Assembly: GCA_973851085.1 (NCBI GenBank)
Contig: OZ316776.1
Coordinates: forward strand, 10,230,001 to 10,294,000
DNA from: Ptychomitrium polyphyllum
Lineage: Eukaryota
Reading direction: 5' to 3'
Length of the DNA: 64,000 nt
Below are positions 11,847 through 24,500 of this stretch, piece by piece; within the stretch, counting starts at the first letter, position 1; each line of letters begins with the position of its first letter. The position numbers and the translations under genes are program-made. The notes under the pieces were generated by a model. That model was not told where the DNA came from, did no database searches, and saw nothing but the letters and a program-made list of their open reading frames with translations.

Positions 11847-13639
11847 TCAGCCACACAAAACACAATGTGCCCAAGGAACAGGAAAAAGGTTTTTATTGCT
11901 AGGGCGAATACCAGTTTTTGTCGCTCTCATTTTTTCAAGAGCAATGCGGTGATTGTGATTGAAATTGTAGGCACGTTTTCGCAATGCAATGCAGGTATTA
12001 GGTGGAGGTAGTAATATCCTCTCGAACATTTTATGCAGCCTTACTCCCGCTCGCCTTGCCTCCTTTTCTAACCACTCCTTATTCCTGCGTGCCCTCAACT
12101 AGATAATTGATTGACAATAAACGTCAACATTTAACAGACTTGTGCACATGATTGGTATAGCAACACCTTCAATATTACAGTCCTGTGGCTTCCAGAGTCT
12201 CATTTCTCCACACACCTCCCTCAGCCCTAAAATGCCATGCCATGCCATGCTCAGGAGACGTAAATCCACAATATCCAGGATTACGAGATCATAATGCTCC
12301 TGACCAGCTCTGCAGTCCTTCAAGAGTGTCATTAACATCCAACATCTGTTAAGACTTGAAATCATGGTCACATGCCTGACAAGATGTTCCTGAAGCTCAG
12401 GTTTGAAACCTTGGCACAACGTGTGGCCGGGAAAGACCCTGTTTTTGAAGCTTCATAGAACTCATCCCGATTCATGTAACGGGTGTGTAGGCAAAGTTCC
12501 AAGACTGTGAACATCCTGAGATCGTAGGCCAACACTCTCCCAGTATAACTTAGAAGAAAAACAACAGAGCTAAAAATGACAGGAAACCCCCATGCGAATC
12601 TCTCGGAAGTACTCATCCACAAAAAATCTCTCTAATCTCAAAGTAATCTATGTACTCCCTCTCTCAACAGTAATAGATTGGAACAGGTTGCCATGAACAT
12701 GCGATAGTCAGAAACAATTAGCTGAGGAACTTCAGTAGCATGCTTAACCCGAATCTCAATAACTTCTCTCCACAGATCTTCCTCAAGGTTGCAGCTCAGA
12801 ATGATACTATCACAACACCTCCTGGAATACTACGTCCTGTTTTCCTCGAAAGAACACAGTCGAGTCTCCAGTCCACCCATAACGCAGGGACATACAGAAG
12901 TTACGAAGCGTCGCTGGTGAATCTCCCAGGCGCCACCATGTATCGGCGGATGCCTCGTCCGGGAAACCATGATAACCATTCCTGCTCATAAGAAAGACCT
13001 TCAAGCGCTTATGTGAATACTGGTGCGTACAGCGAGTCCTTGTCTGATGAAGGCAGGCAGTTACATAGTGGCAACCCGGATCTCGGTTGAGAACCCGGAA
13101 GGTTCAATAGGCTTCTATCACCCGGAGTACGCGAGTAGCTCCGATACCCGCCGATTCTTGTGGGTAATATGCTAAGACTGTGTCCCCATCGGTAAGGTAG
13201 AGGAGAGTAAATGCATGCGGCTCCTATTAACGTCTCGGTGATATCTTATGGCAATGCAAAAGTGAATGAGAGGTTGCGAAGCCAGGTAGCGTGATCATGG
13301 AGGGTTTTAGTACTGCATCTTTGTCACCAAGAGAACGAGGATGTGAACCTGGAGGCTGGGTGGTTGGAAAGCACAACCACTCTGATCTAGCTGATGGCAT
13401 AAGGCAGTTGTCTCCGCAATAAGGCACCTCCTTGTACAGTAAACTCTTCTTCCTTGCTTAAGGATATGACCATTGACTTCTCTAAAACCTCCTAGACAAT
13501 CATTCTTTGAAACTGGTCACACTCGTTACGTCATTCTTCAATGTACCTCTGTTGCTCACTCCATGTAAGTAATAAACCTGAAGGCAAGAATGCCTTCATT
13601 GAACTTTGCTCAGAAGTACGGTCACTACCGCACAGATGT
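11847..13639 (-). pseudogene. Decayed F-box / F-box-associated beta-propeller gene (frameshifts and stops)
   Basis: Protein-like fragments lie in successive frames: DTWWRLGDSP...STVFFRGKQDVVFQEV; DSIILSCNLEEDLWREVIEIRVKHATEVPQLIVSDYRMFMAT; FLLSYTGRVLAYDLRMFTVLEL; NLSFRNIL. They resemble bryophyte F-box C-terminal domains. ORFs 12099-12419 and 11847-12098 are in one frame split by a single TAG. A possible 5' intron remains at 13640-13735. Confidence 0.6.
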
Positions 13640-14940
13640 CTGCAAAGATAAATAAAACCGTGAGCTCTAATTGTTGTGAAACTAGACTTATTAAACAACA
13701 GTAACATTAGTACAGCATCCCGGGTAGCAACTCACGTATGATAAGGGGACGTCAGCTCAAGAAGTCATTTTGCAACTGGGATTTGAAAATGTAGAACTTA
13801 TACTAAGAAAAGTATTCTCTTGTTGTAAGGAAAAGTCCTTATTATAAGAGATATTTCGAAAAAATCTTTCATTACCAAAACGTTATAACTCTTAAAAGTT
13901 GTCTTTGTTTAGATAAGGAGATTAGCCTAGAAAAGAACTCTAATTATAAGATTTTGAAGTAAATTTCAACGTCTTAAATACTTACGATTTATGTGCTTTT
14001 GATATTGCTCTCAATGCTTTCTTTCTAAAACAATAGCAACTTTTTACACAAGAAAAAGGATTAGAAGTATTTAGAACTGATAAATAGTCACCTTTTACAC
14101 CACAGGACAGCATCAAATTAGCCATATGCTGCGTAGACAAAATCCAATCAGAACACAATCTTTATTACTTTTTTAACTTTTATTTTGAAACAACAGGGGC
14201 AACCTTACGCCTGTGCTAAAATTACATATTCTTCATTCTTGTGCGCCCTCAAATGAGCCCAAAATTGTTCGTCGTAACTTCATGCTGATATTCTGCAAGG
14301 GACCCGTGGCAGTTCGATTAGCATGCAGTAAGGGAATATGCTTGTTGTTCGATTCTATTTAACCATCGCATCTCGGGTTCACTATCTGTTGACTTAATAA
14401 AAAGGGTAACTCTTTACATATGCGTTTCTTCATATCTTACTCCATGCTCTGCTGGAAATGGGATAGTAAAGTACCCCACTCAAGAACGTACAGAAGTCTT
14501 CAAACGTACATACTTGGAAGAGAGCTGGAACAGTAAAACTGTGCAGGTAGATGCAACCACGCATCCACCATATTGGAACAGTAAGGGAAAATAAATACAA
14601 ATATAAAAATAACATAAAATTACAAAATGATAATAACAAGACCCTCAACGGGACCTAATTCAAAGATTCATAATTTATCAACTTTATCCTCCAACAGAAA
14701 AAATCTCTATTCAAATACCATCACTCTTTAAAAATTAGAAAACAATACACTTCAACAACTAAACTTATTCCAGTGGCCATAGCATCTAGCAAGAAAGGAT
14801 GCTTCATTCAAATCAACTCCTTCAAGATTGTCATTCTCTTTCTACCAAACTAAACAATTATACATTTAGTGCTATATTTCTATTTTATTATCTATTTCCA
14901 AAAAACTCAATATAAAGCTTCACCATAAAGCAAACGCATA

Positions 14941-14977
14941 ACCCAACCCAACCCAACCCAACCCAACCCAACCCAAC
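14941..14977. repeat. (ACCCA)7 pentanucleotide microsatellite
   Basis: Perfect tandem array seen directly, at the boundary between AT-rich and GC-richer sequence. Confidence 0.95.
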
Positions 14978-16701
14978 CCCATCCCACCCCCAGCATGCAC
15001 AACACCACCTTAAAATCTCAAACTGGAAAATCACGAATATGGGGTTCTTAATGGTGCAGCCTAAGCTGCTGTTAATGTGGTGAGGACCTGGCAAAGAAGG
15101 CTCAAGGGAAAAAAACAGGTGAAGACATGGCCTGCCAAAGAGTAGCCGGGAGTGATGATCATGGGCGTCGACAATAAATGAACTTGTGCTCACCACTTTT
15201 CCAGAACGTGGTGCCCAGGAGAGTGGTGTGTCCAACATCATGCTTCTGTTGCCTGGATCAGACACGGCTTCTCTACTGCAGTGTTGGCGCTGTCGTTTGG
15301 CCCGGTGAGTCTTTTACCGCACCTTAGGGACTCGTCCTGGTTGACAACTCTGCAGTCATGAGCCGACCATCTCGCTAGTCTGGATCCAAGAGGTGAATCA
15401 TTTGTGTATGTTGCTTTTGCAGAGTCTGAGAACAACTGTCTGAAATGGAAGTGTTTGCATGTTTGGAGGTGAGCTTAGGATGATGATGATGTATGGAATC
15501 TTTGTGGGAGTGTGGTTGTGGGGGTTCTCTGTTCCGTTTGTGAAACTGGAGATCACTGGCAGGTCGAACCAGTTGATTGGAAGTATCGACGGCGACCTCT
15601 AAGGTACACTGGTTCTGGTGAGGCCAGACTGCAGAGAAGTGAGCAGGATTGGAAGGCAATCGGTAGCTGGGGTATTGCTGCTTTTTGTTCCTTTGGTGGT
15701 ACTGTACGAACAAGCGACGTGTAGGATATGATATCTAAGGGTAGGCAGAAAGTTGGAGCGGAGAATTTAGTCCAAGTTGTCGGGTTTGAGCGGTTGATAT
15801 TCGCTCGAAAGAGCAGACTGTGGATAGACAAGCAGTCACGGTTTGGCTGCGTGACTGCTTGTAAGCAGAGTTACATAGATTTCAATTTACAAACTGTCGC
15901 TGGTCGCTTGTGCCTTCTACTCAGAACCATCTCGTTCTTTCTTTAGACAGTTGCCAACAGCAGTCGGGTTTTTGTTCGCTGGTATAGGCCAACGGCCTCG
16001 AATTAGCCTCTCTCTGCAACCGTTATTGTAGTGTTTAAAAAAAAGTTCTTCCTCTCATAACATCGACTCTTTCATGGATCTGTGACGCAAATTAGAGAAT
16101 TCTGGGATTTGTGGGTGTTTCTTTCTCAATGCAGACGACAGATTCCGAGAGTTCTAGAGATGTTGCTGGAATTCTTGTGGTACGTGTTCCATGTCCAGTA
16201 AAAACTTTGTCCTTTGCTTCATAAATGTGAGGCGAGCTTTCTTTTTCTACTTTTCAACTTTTCTACTGATCCCTTCCCCGCTGTTTTCGCAAACTGCGCC
16301 ACGTGATAGAAACTTGTGAACGATGCCCTCTGCCTGGTTTTCCTATTATTGGAACACGTATCCGATACAATCTCTAAGTTAGGCACGCAGTCAAGACCAT
16401 GCGGATGGTTCAACGTTCCTCTGGATTTGTAGCATGACACATATAGGTCACACAAGCTTTAGAAATTTTCATTCTTGGTTTCCTCGTTTACTCCTCCCCG
16501 GCCCGCTGGAGTTTGAATGGAAAAGATTCGTCTCTTGCTTGCAGATATAAAGCTGCTCTTCTTAAATATAATTTTCCGTCCTTTCAGTTCAAAAAACTTA
16601 TCTTTTGTTGCATTCAGGTTGGACTATGGTGAGCATGGCCAGGCAGGAACCATTCTGAACAAGCGACAGGAACTTTATTAACTTTCAGGTACAGACAACA
16701 T

Positions 16702-16755
16702 GAATGATCAAAGTCAGGCTGACAATCGGAATGATCAAAGTCAGGCTGAAAATTG
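16702..16755. repeat. 27-bp tandem duplication (intronic)
   Basis: GAATGATCAAAGTCAGGCTGACAATCG followed by GAATGATCAAAGTCAGGCTGAAAATTG (2 mismatches). Confidence 0.9.
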
Positions 16756-17266
16756 TGTCAAGTATGACTATAAAGGAAGGTCCAGTTTGGTGCGAATATA
16801 CGTCCTCCAGTCCAGTCATAATCTCTGGATGCTTTTTAACTGGTATTGGAAACCCAGTCGTGTGCTCTTGAATATGCATCATATTGACTAACATTGCATC
16901 ATAAGTCTTTACCGCAATTAAGATATGGAAAGATCCTAGAAGATCTGTTAGCAGGGGGGTTTAGTGGAGGTATTCATGTTCATTTTTGGAGCTGGCTGTC
17001 TGCTTTGCTTTTTATCCTTTGGAGAAACTCTGTTTGGTTCAAAATCCACTTTGATGAACACAAGATTGTTTTTAGAATGAGATGGCCTAGTTCTGGAGAA
17101 GTGAAAATAAGGGCACTTTCATTGTTTTCACCTCTGCTATGACTTTTCTGGATATCGTCATTCCCAATCATTCTCCTGAAATTTATAGCTCATTGATCAT
17201 CTGTTTCATCATTAGAGTATTCTTGTGACTTCTAACATTGACTTTGTATGATCCGTTCAGATAAAC

Positions 17267-19793
17267 ATGGCGAGAGAATTGCTTGCACTTCTGGTTTTGT
17301 TCATTTTCTTCACTGATGTTTCTGCCAGAATCCCTCCAACATTGAGGTAAACGTGCGCAAAATAAGCTTTTGTTCAGCTCAGACCACTTGTTATGCTCAA
17401 GAAATTGTTTTCCAGATTAAACTAGGTTACTGCAACAGCATGCCAGAGTGGACGTTAAACTCTAATGATCTGAATGATTAAATATACAGGAGGAGCTTGA
17501 CTTCAAGTGATGCATGCCTAGATGTATTTAGTGCAAAAGAATACACAGTGATCATGGTTGCAGACCCAGGAACCTACTCTGGAACTCCAGAAGCTGTCCA
17601 CTACGAGGAAAGTTTGCAAAATATTGTTCACGTTCCAACAGGCTTGCTATTGTGTCCACGTATCACTGTGGGAACATTGTTTGGCCAACCTACAATCGTT
17701 GCAACTTCTGGTGAGCCTTCTCAATCACCCACTCTGCTCAGAATATTGCATCTTCGATTTAACAAGAACTTGCACAGAATTATTCAAACTTTGGGATTTC
17801 ATAATTTGTCAACTGATTATTCGATATTTCTGATGGTCGCAGGCATTGGCCCAACAACAGCTGCGTTGTGTGCTGTAGACATGGCAAAGTGCCTCGGACC
17901 TAAATTCAAAGAACTGATTTATTCGGGTACATCAGGATGGTCTGCTGCAGTAGGTGGCATATTAAATGCTGACAATTGTAAAAAGGCAACAACAACACAT
18001 AAAGTAAGTTTAAAGTACCCAGGCATGGCTACCATCTTATTGGAATCTTGGGGTATCAAACTAACCGGGACTTTGTCGTTCATTCAGAGGAATTAGTATC
18101 TTTACTGTTGTATTATCAAACGTCCTATTCCACAGCTGATTGTGAAATTTTTAAGTTGTTTTTGGTTTTATTTTGTTGTTTTGCAGATTGCTCGTTTTGG
18201 TGATGTGTGTGTGACTCCCATGTCCATGAACTGGAACTGCAAACTGGCAGATTGGGTGGGCCAAGCCAAAGGATACCCGAACATGTGCTTCCTCCCTGAA
18301 GAGATTAATGGACCTGAGGCTGCTTTCCTCTACGGTGACTGCATTTTTGACACCCACACCGCAGGCAGCCTTGCATTGGCAGATGAGATTCTCACAGCTT
18401 CCAAGTTAAAGAACAGCCTGAACAAGGCCCCTCTACGCAACAGCTTTCTTTTGGTATGGTTAAGGACTCCACAATTGAAAATAATTTATAAAGGAAACTC
18501 GCTTCTTCAGTGAAAGTTATCTTCTTGCATTGCTTTTATGAGCTGTCTGATTGTACCAGTAGTTCAAATGTCACTAGAGTGATTATTGGTCCTGCGAGAG
18601 GAATTCTTAATACCGGTGTCACTCCTCTTGCAAAAATCAAATTAAGTGAAAAATGCTTGCTAATTGCAAATTATTTCCTACATACCATAACCTCACTGTT
18701 CCATTGCAGGATTATGAGAAGCAATATTTCGGGTTTCTCAGCAACTCCACCGATAGAACATACAACTTGAACCCAAAGAAACCTCCCAAGGTGTATGGTT
18801 ACAAAACATGTGTGGAGGTGGATTCGCAGTTCTTCTATTCAGGTGTTCCATGGGACATGACAGCCAGAAACTACACTGCACTCACCATCAACCTGGCTTT
18901 CAATACATCCCTTACAGCACACGATGTTATTGCTGTGCAAGTCCCAGACCTTGCTTAATTGAGCACTCCCAGTGATTTTTCGAAATTTATTGCTGAGTCA
19001 ACTTGAGCAGAGAGTAATTTGTGTCATGATTATGACACACAATAATTAGAGTAAAACGAAGATACATGTTAGAGAAAGTTTTGAGGGTATGGTTGCCTTA
19101 CGCTGCACAGGTTGATAAGAAATTCTCGGGTTTAGGGTAATTATAGTCTAACAATTTTGGAACTCGCTGTTGGTGTTGAATAATGTGTGGTATTTGAACA
19201 TTGATATAGACAAATCTGTGAGGTTTATTTCTAACAAATATGACTATGCAGATCTGCCATGGAGGCCGTTGGAGTAGCACAAGCTATTGACAATTACAAT
19301 GCCCTCAATAGTAGCACCTACAAGATCCCTTATGTGTTCGTAAGAGGCAACTCTGACTGGTATGTCCAACCAACCATGTTCTCTTAACTGTAGTCCTATT
19401 TAGATGAGAACACATAGAAGAGACGTTAATCTGGAATAACATGATACACATTATAACAGTTGTTCCATTACGTTAGTCCTACTAATAGAATCCATGATAC
19501 TAGAAACTCAGTTAAGTATTTAATCCATTCCTGTTGCACGGATCCATAGCTCAAATAGCACTCTTTTGATCTGATACCATGTCAATAATTTGGACAGGCT
19601 TCATCAGCCGGTGATGCAACTAGCTGATGGGACATGGACATACACAGAACCAGTGCCCATTAACTTCGCAGAGGGGTACAAGTATGCCATTGCAACTACA
19701 TCAAATGTGGTGTTCAGCGTGCTGAGTGAGAGATGCAAGAAGCTTCATTCTCCCTCAAACGCCTTGTGCATGTACACTATTAGCTACAGCTAA
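17267..19793 (+). CDS. Secreted nucleoside phosphorylase / MTA-SAH nucleosidase-fold protein (PNP_UDP superfamily), 419 aa, 7 coding exons
   Basis: Exons 17267-17346, 17490-17710, 17843-18003, 18187-18453, 18710-18936, 19252-19359 and 19598-19793 total 1260 nt in frame. Signal peptide MARELLALLVLFIFFTDVSA. Motifs ATSGIGPTTAA, IYSGTSG, GDVCV, SAMEAVGV and YVFVRGNSD parallel MTA nucleosidase SGIGKVAAA, INTGSAG, GDIVV, EMEATA and FVVVRAISD. Confidence 0.8.
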
Positions 19794-21570
19794 ACAAGGT
19801 CGAAGAATCCGTGCAACAGAAATGGATTGCCGTCGTTTTCACTAGTGGCTGCCAATTACAGAAACCTGTAGATTCTATTCCTTTTGAAGAATTGAGTTTC
19901 GGTTAAAGGAATTTAGAACAGGTTTCCATAACTGGCCTGAATTTATCACATGGTTGTCTGAATTGAAATGGTGACCTGCATTGTATATCGCAAAGGGAAA
20001 AGACCATCTAAAGTTCTGATGTTTCTGTGTATTTTCAACAACAACACTTATGTTCAATTTTCCTGGTTCGCCATCCCCAATGTGACTTATATGATGGGAA
20101 AAGAGGTTGGAATATGATCACTGCAGATCAGGTAAAACTCTAAGACGAAACTTCAATTGGACTTCACCCCTAAGAGTCCTGGCAGGGCAGATTGAAATGG
20201 ACAAGAATCCTGAAATCTTTAGAGGCTCACGATTGTTTCAAAAGTCGCCACTATTCTAATATAATCCTGAGATCGCCAAATTAATTATGTGTTGAATAAA
20301 TTAGTGTAGATTGAATCTGACAAAAAAAATAAGAATTGAAGATTACAAGCTTTGACCACAAAATCTAAGGGATTGACTCATGAGCAGGTGGTAATTTTTC
20401 ACTTCTGGTCTGTATTTTGTCTAGGAAAAAAATTCAGAAACTTCTCTATAAATCACGAATATGTAAGGCTGGATCTTAGATGTTGTATTACAGAAGATGA
20501 TTACAAAGAATTGGCTCCATTGTCACAAGACAAGGCATGTAATAACTTTTATATCTGTGAAAGAGAACAAATCCTATGACATAGTGCTGCCACTGGAAAG
20601 AAATCCGTGAACAGAACATTGACAGCCAATCTCCTTCTCATGCCCAAAGAAAAAGTTAAGCCTTGGTTAAGTTAAAACTAAAGAGCAAATTGAATCGTGC
20701 ATACACAAAACAGCATCTAGAAATTTGTAGAATGCTTCATTTACTGTTATTGAAGCTGCACGAGGCAGCTAACAACCTGAGGAATTTTTAAGAGCATTAG
20801 CGAATTTCAATTACTCGTACTTCACTTAAGAAGTGTTGGTTGTCCGTTTTCTGAAAACCGATGGCAGCATAAGATGTTAATTGGCAGTTATGTGCACAAG
20901 TCTGAGTTCCAGTAGTTGCTCTTTTCAAACAGGAGACTATGTATGCACAGTTGTCCACAACGACCAAAGTGTGGGTTATAGTAGTTAATTCTGGATTGAC
21001 AGTCCCGCCCCAGCATTATGCAAACGGAGAGCAAATAAGACCAGCCAATCTAGAATTTGGAGATTAAGATAGATACTCTCAGTTTCGCAAGGATCTCTAT
21101 TAATAACAATCCCAACAGTTACTGGCCTTGCTTGTTCCGACTGCAAAAAATTTTAAAACTTCACCTACAACACGGTCATAATGCAAAGCCACCAATCAAG
21201 CAGCCGAAATTGCCAAATCCAGTAAAAAATCACTTGCACGAAAAGAGGGTGAGTGTGGAGGTCAGTCCATGCAAACCGATCTGGACTACAGCAAGATGAT
21301 AGAGCAAGACTCATAATTCACGAAATGGACCAGAAAATGATCACAATGTCACTCGCATAAAAACGTTCCCCAGCAGCATGTCAACATACTACAGTTACAC
21401 AAATTCAGGCTACTCAATTGAATGTACAGGACACATATTGAAACGATAGGGCCGCAAAAATTGATTACATGCATTTGGACATGATAAATATATTCAGGGC
21501 TCGGTCGCCAAGTGACCTACACCTAAATACCTGCTAACCAAAGTATCCAACCTCCCTACAATGAAACTCC

Positions 21571-24500
21571 CTAATTATGCAGCAGCTGGCGAAGCACGTA
21601 CTGCAGAATGCCCCCGTGCGAAAAGTACGTCAACTCCACCTGAGTATCGAACCGAAGCACGCAAGTGAACTCCTTGCCGCTGTCCGTCTTCACAGTAATG
21701 TCCATCCCAGGTTTGATGTCCTCCAGTGCTGGCATGTTGATGGAGTACCTCTCGAACCCAGTCAGCCCCAAGGTGTCGGCGTCTTCGCCTCCCTTGAAAC
21801 ACAATGGAATCAGGCCCATACCGACGAGATTGCTGCGATGGATACGCTCAAAACTTTTCGCAATCACAGCTCTCACACCCTGCATCAACATCAAGCGCAT
21901 CATCAAGCACTATGACCCAAACAAAATATAAGTAAACATTCAGCATCTCAGAATATGCATTAGAAACGGAAAAGTTCATCTCCTCCTTTCGCTGCCGATG
22001 TTTATTTAAAAACGGTCCATCTCATGCTCACATATAGCTAATGATGTGACTTACCTGCAAGTAAGGGCCCTTGGCAGCCCAGTCTCTAGAACTGCCACTG
22101 CCATACTCTGCTCCTGCTAGAATGATCGTGTCGTGGCCCTCATCCTTGTATTTCTGCATCATCAAATGTTCCACATTCGTCATCTTATCCCTTCACTACC
22201 AGTAGCAATACAAAATCTAGAGACAGTGCAAGAGCATAAATGAGAAGAAGCCCCACTCACCATAGCAGCATCATAAATGAACATCTCCTCCTGTGTCGGG
22301 ACGTGCAAAGTCTTCGGCCCAACTTGGCCCTTCAGGAATTTGTTTACAATTCGAATGTTCGCAAACGTGCCTCTTGCCATGATCTCATCGTTACCACGCC
22401 TGCTTCCGTACGAGTTGAAATCCTTGCGATCAACTCCGCGTTCCATCAAATACTTTGCGGCAGGACTCTCCTTATTGATGTTGCCGGCCGGCGAGATGTG
22501 GTCCGTGGTGATACTGTCCCCGAAATTCAAAAGGCAGAAAGCGTCCTTCACGCTTCGCACTCCGGGAGGATCCTTGGTCATGGTCTTGAAGAATGGAGGA
22601 TCATGCACGTAGGTCGACTTTGAATCCCATTCATACTGGGCTCCTACCGGGGCCTCGAGGCTGTTCCACATCGTATTGCCTTCCGTGATCGACTTGTATG
22701 TCGACTGGAACATCTCCGGCAGAACAGAACTTGCCACCACCTGCGCACATGGTTCCACTTCAGTCCATGGCGTGCCCATGACGCTGCTCACCAAGGATTC
22801 AAGACCCACAACCGCTTTTCGCATTCATCCACCAAATCGAATCAGGAACCAGAGACTCAACTAGGCCCACGTGCAAGTCGGCAACACTCCTGCACTACAT
22901 TCTGATTGCACTCTGTACCTGCCTAGCCATCACCTCCACAAACAACCCTCCCAACGGCTTACCTCAGCAACCTCCTCGCTAGAAGGCCAGATATCCCTCA
23001 GGAACACGTTCTTCCCGTCCTTGCCTACTCCGATGGGCTCCTTCTCGAAGTCAATGTTCACCTGGTATCACAACTCCCAAATTTCAGAAATTCCACCATC
23101 GTGCTCAACAATCCACTAGACACCTCACAATATCTTTTCTCTCTGTATTTCCCAATCGTGCAAACATGAGTTGCGCATGTCACTCCAGCCTCGTTCAAAA
23201 ACTCAGCACCACAGATTTCATGCTCATACCGTTCCAGCAAAAGCATAAGCCACCACCAAAGGAGGTGATGCAAGGTAGTTGGCACGAGTCAAAGGATGAA
23301 CACGACCCTCAAAGTTGCGGTTGCCAGACAGTACAGCAGATGCAATCATATCTACACACCAGCACAGCATTACATTAGTTCAGTATGTGGCATGCAACGT
23401 TCTACATGCCACACAACGTCTCACAGATACCATCTCACAACTCCACAAGTATCAGATATCAATGTGTTGCAATGTAATTCGCAACTGAGCCACCAATCCT
23501 GGCAGATATCATGATGCCTCGAGGCTCGTTGCTTCATACATACACTGCGCTGAGAAAAATCACATGAAGGAACCATACCATTCGCCACAATAGCCTCGGC
23601 CACGTCTTCGTGAAGATCGCCAGAATTACCGATGCAGGTCGTACATCCGTAACCGACCAGACTAAACCCTTGCTTGTCGAGATACTTATCCAAGCCACTG
23701 CCAAGTTCCAGGAAAACAGGGAAATCAGCTATAACACTGACCCATCGCACCAGCTGTCTCTACAGATCTGTAACCAACATTAGAGTCTCACAAAAAAATT
23801 GAAGTTCAAGGACGCACTTCAAATCTCGCAACTTCAAATCAATCATCACAAGTACTCTTAATGATTAAAAAAACCACACAATGAAACAAATGATCAAGTA
23901 ATGTTTCAGAAATCTACGTTATATATTGCATCCATCAGTCAACACCTGCTGATGCTCACCTCTTCTGCAGGTACTTGGTGACGACCCCTGAACCCGGTGC
24001 CAGACTGGTCTTAACCCATGGCTGGACCTGTAAGAAGGCGATTCCTAATAATAAGACGACCACTAGGAACCACCCACATCGGCATACATATAAACCTACT
24101 TGCACTAGATTTCTCACAATCACGCACCTTGTGGTCATATGATGGTTCGTCTAGATGTAGCCGAGATGCAACCCAAAACCAAGTAAACCTCCCCAACTAC
24201 GATAGCTGCACACCATCTCCTTAATGGAACAATCACAGCAAGAAAATTACAGAAGTCGCCATATATTTACACAAATCCCAAGACGTCTGCAATGCTCACC
24301 TCCAATCCAAGTTCTGTCGCCTTCTTTGCCACAAGACCTGCACCAAGCATCACACTTGGATTCGATGTGTTGGTACAACTGGTGATGGCAGCAATCACCA
24401 CACTGCCATGCCTCATCTCTGCGGGCTTGCCTTCAAACGTGAATTTCACCATCTTGTCTTGCTGATCCTTCGGAACAGCGAATCCCTGAACAATCCACAA

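Noticed and set aside
21575..22864. Antisense and alternate-frame ORFs over aconitase exons
   Set aside because: Shadow ORFs caused by GC3-rich codon usage of the real gene.
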